A stretch of DNA of 54,230 bases, taken from IMG/VR virus record IMGVR_UViG_3300047554_000160, positions 1-54,230 of that record; one strand, given 5' to 3'. The notes beneath the pieces were generated by a model that was not told the origin of the DNA, did no database searches, and saw only the letters and a list, made by a program, of their open reading frames with translations. The position numbers were made by a program, and so were the translations under genes. Shown one piece after another: positions 50,901-54,230 of the stretch (position 1 is the first letter of the stretch; every line of letters starts with the position of its first letter). The stretch is from a virus. Taxonomy: Duplodnaviria; Caudoviricetes.

Positions 50901-53900
50901 GTGCGCCTGCTGGTAAGAACTGGAAATATCCTGTAACACTCGAACCTGTCCATAACAGGTCTAAAGTTCCGCCTTCTGGATCAAACCAAGATTGTAACCA
51001 ATTTGTTCCATTAACTGTTAATGCACTTCTACTGTCAATTGCTCCGATAATCGGGCTTGACATAAAAGTTACATATTCATTAACGTATAATTTCTTGCCT
51101 ACATATAGGCCGCCGTCAATACCAACTGCTTTAGAACTACCAGATATAGTTGCTTGAGAAGTATTAGTAAAGTTAATAACGTAAGGAGTGGTATTTCCTC
51201 GATATGTTACGCTTTCTAATGTATCTGTTTCAGTAGTTAATACTTGAACACCGTTTGAATAAATGTTGCCTGCATAAACACTGCCACCGATGCCTACACC
51301 GCCTGTAACAATTAACGCACCTGTATCTGTAGAAGTACTTGATGTGGTATTTGTAATATTAATTGCAGCAGTAGTTGTTGAACCTCTGTTTGCAACGGTG
51401 TCTAATGTAGAAGTATTCCAAACAACTATAACACCTGTGCTAGTGCTTACTGCGGTGTCTGTACCTGCATTTATTGCTGTTACACCTAGACTTCCAATGC
51501 TTGCTTCTGTAACAACTAAACTACCGGCTGAATATAAGTTACTTGCCCACAGGTCTCCACCAACTCCGACACCGCCCGATACTATTAACGCACCACTAGT
51601 TGTGCTAGTTGCCTGTGTCTGATTTGCAAAAGTTAAAGCAACGGTAGTTGTTGAACCTCTTTGAGTTACAGTTTGTAAAGTAGATGTGTTATTAATTGTA
51701 ACAACGCCTCGGCCGGGATTAGTAATATTACTGTCAATACTGATATCAGTTCCAGCAAGAGCTTGAGTAACAACATACGTTCCGATAGTTGCAGTAGAAA
51801 CAATTAAACCAGTCGAATCAAAATATTGGTTGGCATACACATCACCACCAAAACTTGCACCGCCCTCCACCTGCAGAGCTCCAGTATCAGGTAATCCGCC
51901 AGGTGTTGCATCATTTAATACTAAACTACCAAACTTTGCAGAGCCCCAGGTGCCAGAATTAATAAACTGCGGTATGTACTCTCCAGCGGCGCCAGTAATA
52001 ACTCGTGTCTTATAGATAAGAGTTTCGGTATTGTTGTCCATACCTAAGAAACTTCTTGTGTAAGAACTTGTTCCAGAACTTGTATTGTAATGGAACAATA
52101 GACCTCTATCATTACCATCATCAACTATTAGGTCTGCGCCGTCAGTTGCAATACCTAAATCTAGTACTGGGTCAGTGATACTAGTCTGTGTGCTATTGAC
52201 TACTGTAGTATTACCACGAACAACTAAGTCACCGACTACGGTTGCATTGCCGCCGACCCAAAGGTCTTTAGCCATTCCAACGCCACCACTAACAACGATA
52301 GCACCAGTAGTAGTCGAAACTGCGTTCTCAACACTGGTTGCTAACAGTTGTCCAGTGAAATTTAACTCTCCATTTACCTGTAGATCACTTTCAATAGTTG
52401 TTAAAGTGCCGGCAGGATCTAAAGTTAAGTTACCACTGATAGTTTGAACTCTACTACCTGCAAATAATAATTGGCCAACCTGAATACTTGTTGGTTGTAA
52501 TACGCTGGTATTAACGCCGTCGCTGATTGTTAAGCTAGATAACGGACCTAATCTAAAGTTAGCAGTACCAAAATCTACGTTACCGGTACGTTGATTGATA
52601 CGGAATTCAGGACCAACACGGAAATCACCTAAATGATCAACTGTTTGGAAATAAACTTTTGCGCCGTTTAATCTTACAACTTCGTTTGCTTGAACAGCTA
52701 GCGAAGGATCGTTAGTCATATCCTTGCCGCTACCTACATAACTCATGTTGAAAGCAATTGCTTTGAAGTCAATGCCTTCGCCATCTGTATAGATACCGTA
52801 GTTACCATAGCAGGCCGCAGATCCGATACAGCGTAATTCGCCGCCAAATTGACGATAATCTGCTAAACTAATCTGTTGAGCACTTGCAACTACTGTTGCC
52901 GTATATGTAGCAGTAGTAGTATAAACGTTTTGACTACCTAGACCGTCGTCTGTAAAACTTGTGCTTAGGTTAGCGCCGTCGCAGTGTAATAAAACAGTAG
53001 TACTAATATCACTAGCATACGCACTAGTCGGAGGTGTAAATGATCCTGTATATCTAGGTGTAGTACTTACTCGAACTTCATCTAAATAACCTCTTAAACT
53101 TAGACTTGGAGTAGTCGAGTAACCACCAATTGTTAAACTATCGGCATTACTGATGCTAGCAGTTGCACTAGTTGCTACTTCTAAGTTACCGTTAATAAAC
53201 AATCTGTTGGTATTGTTTAGATCACGGCTCATCATTACATGATACCAAGTACCTGTACTTAGAGTATTTGTAGAAGTGAATACTGTTGTACCGTGTTGTC
53301 CGACTAGTTTGTTGTTAGAGCCAATGTATAGACCAAATGCTGTTGCGGCAGTTGTGCCTTTATTAACAATATATTGTGTTCTTCCATTTTGTGTTAGGTG
53401 AACCCATGCTTCAACAGTGTATGAACTAAATCCATACTGCATGTCTGCATCGCTAACAATGTCAAGAAGGTCGCCATCGGTACTAAAATACGCTGCGCCT
53501 GTACCAAATTTACGTTCAAAGCTACTGATAACAGTATTTCCATAAACGTTGATTGTCTTTCCTGTACGGTCTTGAGCTTCTACGAAGCCAGATGCTTTAC
53601 CTTGTAAGTAAATGTAGTCAGGTGTAACTTCGTCAATTAGACCGGTGGCTAATAGTGTGCCTGTAGAGCCTACGTAGTGTAGATAATGTCCTACAGTAAA
53701 TGTTCCTGTTGAGTTTGCAAGACGTAGTCTTGTACGTCCTTCGCCGCCCCAACCTGTTGTTCCGCTTTCGCCAATAATTGCTTTATCAGCAAAATAGCTA
53801 AAGCCGTTTAGTAATTCAACCCTAGTACCGTTCTTGATATGAACAGCAGTAGAACTAGGAACAATAAATGTTGCTTCGTTAAATAAAAATGCTGCTTCGA

Positions 53901-54228
53901 TACTAGATGCATCAACATTTGCACCGTCTAGGTATGCGCCACCACCTGCATCGTTACTGTCAAAGCCGTAAGGATCAGTTGCGCTAGGGTTAGAGCCTTT
54001 TGTTAATACAGTAAAACGTTCAACGTAGGGGCTTCTTGATGCAATAGTTGCTCCCGGAGCAAACTCAAACGCATAACCTGGTTTGTAAAATCCGCCGACT
54101 GTAAAGTCACTGATTGTAGTTTCGCCATTTAATAAGAATGCTGAATAAGTGTTTGTAGCAGTAGTCGGTTGTACATAAACTTCTCGGAGTCCTGCACCTC
54201 GGACACTAACACCTTGAGGAACTGTTAA
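47944..54228 (-). CDS. Very large fibre/baseplate-associated virion protein with LamG-like domain and repeated GALxVxGGVGI modules; 5'-truncated by the window edge
   Basis: The frame stays open from 54228 (LTVPQGVSVRGAGLRE...) through the Met at 53442; YTVEAWV..WYHV..R..LFING..GYLDEVRVS LamG pattern; about 10 STTxGAxxVxGGxG repeats. Confidence 0.8.
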   Translation of the reverse strand, partial: LTVPQGVSVRGAGLREVYVQPTTATNTYSAFLLNGETTISDFTVGGFYKPGYAFEFAPGATIASRSPYVERFTVLTKGSNPSATDPYGFDSNDAGGGAYLDGANVDASSIEAAFLFNEATFIVPSSTAVHIKNGTRVELLNGFSYFADKAIIGESGTTGWGGEGRTRLRLANSTGTFTVGHYLHYVGSTGTLLATGLIDEVTPDYIYLQGKASGFVEAQDRTGKTINVYGNTVISSFERKFGTGAAYFSTDGDLLDIVSDADMQYGFSSYTVEAWVHLTQNGRTQYIVNKGTTAATAFGLYIGSNNKLVGQHGTTVFTSTNTLSTGTWYHVMMSRDLNNTNRLFINGNLEVATSATASISNADSLTIGGYSTTPSLSLRGYLDEVRVSTTPRYTGSFTPPTSAYASDISTTVLLHCDGANLSTSFTDDGLGSQNVYTTTATYTATVVASAQQISLADYRQFGGELRCIGSAACYGNYGIYTDGEGIDFKAIAFNMSYVGSGKDMTNDPSLAVQANEVVRLNGAKVYFQTVDHLGDFRVGPEFRINQRTGNVDFGTANFRLGPLSSLTISDGVNTSVLQPTSIQVGQLLFAGSRVQTISGNLTLDPAGTLTTIESDLQVNGELNFTGQLLATSVENAVSTTTGAIVVSGGVGMAKDLWVGGNATVVGDLVVRGNTTVVNSTQTSITDPVLDLGIATDGADLIVDDGNDRGLLFHYNTSSGTSSYTRSFLGMDNNTETLIYKTRVITGAAGEYIPQFINSGTWGSAKFGSLVLNDATPGGLPDTGALQVEGGASFGGDVYANQYFDSTGLIVSTATIGTYVVTQALAGTDISIDSNITNPGRGVVTINNTSTLQTVTQRGSTTTVALTFANQTQATSTTSGALIVSGGVGVGGDLWASNLYSAGSLVVTEASIGSLGVTAINAGTDTAVSTSTGVIVVWNTSTLDTVANRGSTTTAAINITNTTSSTSTDTGALIVTGGVGIGGSVYAGNIYSNGVQVLTTETDTLESVTYRGNTTPYVINFTNTSQATISGSSKAVGIDGGLYVGKKLYVNEYVTFMSSPIIGAIDSRSALTVNGTNWLQSWFDPEGGTLDLLWTGSSVTGYFQFLPAGAQSLAIGANEVVKIYGGATGTNFVGINTATATAQLEVGGDIKAANIYSNGSLVITNASLGTYGVTSIQGGSGIGVNTTTGAVIVSSLDTLQTVTDRGNSTTNIVVINNAEVSNSTSSGALVVLGGVGIGGQATIDTALITSTLRGSPAAVAIFENTTASNTVTDGAVVIYGGLGVGKQVRAAEIYDDGHRVVTSVNPTAGPGITITDEVGVGTATSFTINNAGVIAAVGTQYLGVSTATGIVTFTNLGVQTITAGTDTTVSRSTGSVVIWNTSTLQSVTERGNTTNRTISITTTTDSNTSTAGALIVSGGVGIARNLIVGGNAAVYGNLQVYGTWTYVNSTQTVVIDPVISIGAGVDNANLGVNDGLDRGILLHYSTTASVNTEYDNHSFLGMDNASKKLVYKTDIYPGGTQEFPALFSNTGTWGLAQFGGLALVNTTSATNTASGALTVAGGVGIGGDLYVNNKIYASGLEVLTTSSLGSGGIGVSQIYAGTDTAVSSNFGSITIWSTATLDSLTQRGATATSIVYFANTSEATSTATGAVQIAGGASIKKNLVVEGSIFGAQAYTEHSQTAGVSPGTNQWIKCLSWSLPNVGDSTTFKIKSAVKASASVVYSDNMDNDVLWVSYVRDTVSTVAGSVYWVAENAEAAISSLAANHTVTYNSSTGEFEYWRRSTVSGGRVWTLITEQIPASVVNQFVTPTIIKDSNWSASVTSLGTNAIIDDTDVTSFEDLTITGNIAHSGTSASLNNTTSANTLDLSTGAILGGTTRTVNIATNGGAGSVSNVNIGSTDGYGQLVVASTLTTFSSTASALTTQSAAVVIAGGLAVGENLVIGTGATTRNIVDANVVASGIFAAAGDAQAGTYILRSSTATTATTVLTSNGLVASTNNQVILPDNSSYMFKVFVTAKSVGSDDEGAWEFNGSISRYAGANTTVVKRYNKTKIWASQAFDIDLVADTVNGGLSVRAVGLAGTTVRFVAKVETVEVST

Positions 54229-54230
54229 TG

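Overview
A 54-kb piece of a large T4-like (Tevenvirinae-related or jumbo myovirus) bacteriophage genome, densely coding, mostly on the minus strand, read in the standard genetic code. It contains: (i) a radical SAM gene and a 1712-aa collagen-like (Gly-Ala-Thr) fibre with a C-terminal S74 chaperone; (ii) a T4-type replication/recombination block (gp41-like helicase, gp61-like primase, gp62-like clamp-loader subunit, UvsW, UvsY, UvsX, gp32) that holds a 192-aa miniaturised DnaE/Pol III-alpha catalytic core; (iii) packaging, head and tail genes (terminase large and probable small subunits, gp4, tube, enlarged sheath, gp13/14/15, dNMP kinase); (iv) a 2362-aa collagen/modular fibre with a cluster of small paralogues and a 2OG-Fe(II) oxygenase, then a fibre of more than 2090 aa that runs off the window. 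Best leads: the mini-DnaE, a 55-aa metallothionein-like ORF missing from the ORF track, a TAAATA-N5-7-ATG leaderless late-promoter arrangement at 11 genes, and a six-copy repeat separating fibre modules. No tRNA, rRNA, CRISPR array or integrase was seen. All family calls come from motifs read by eye, not from database searches.
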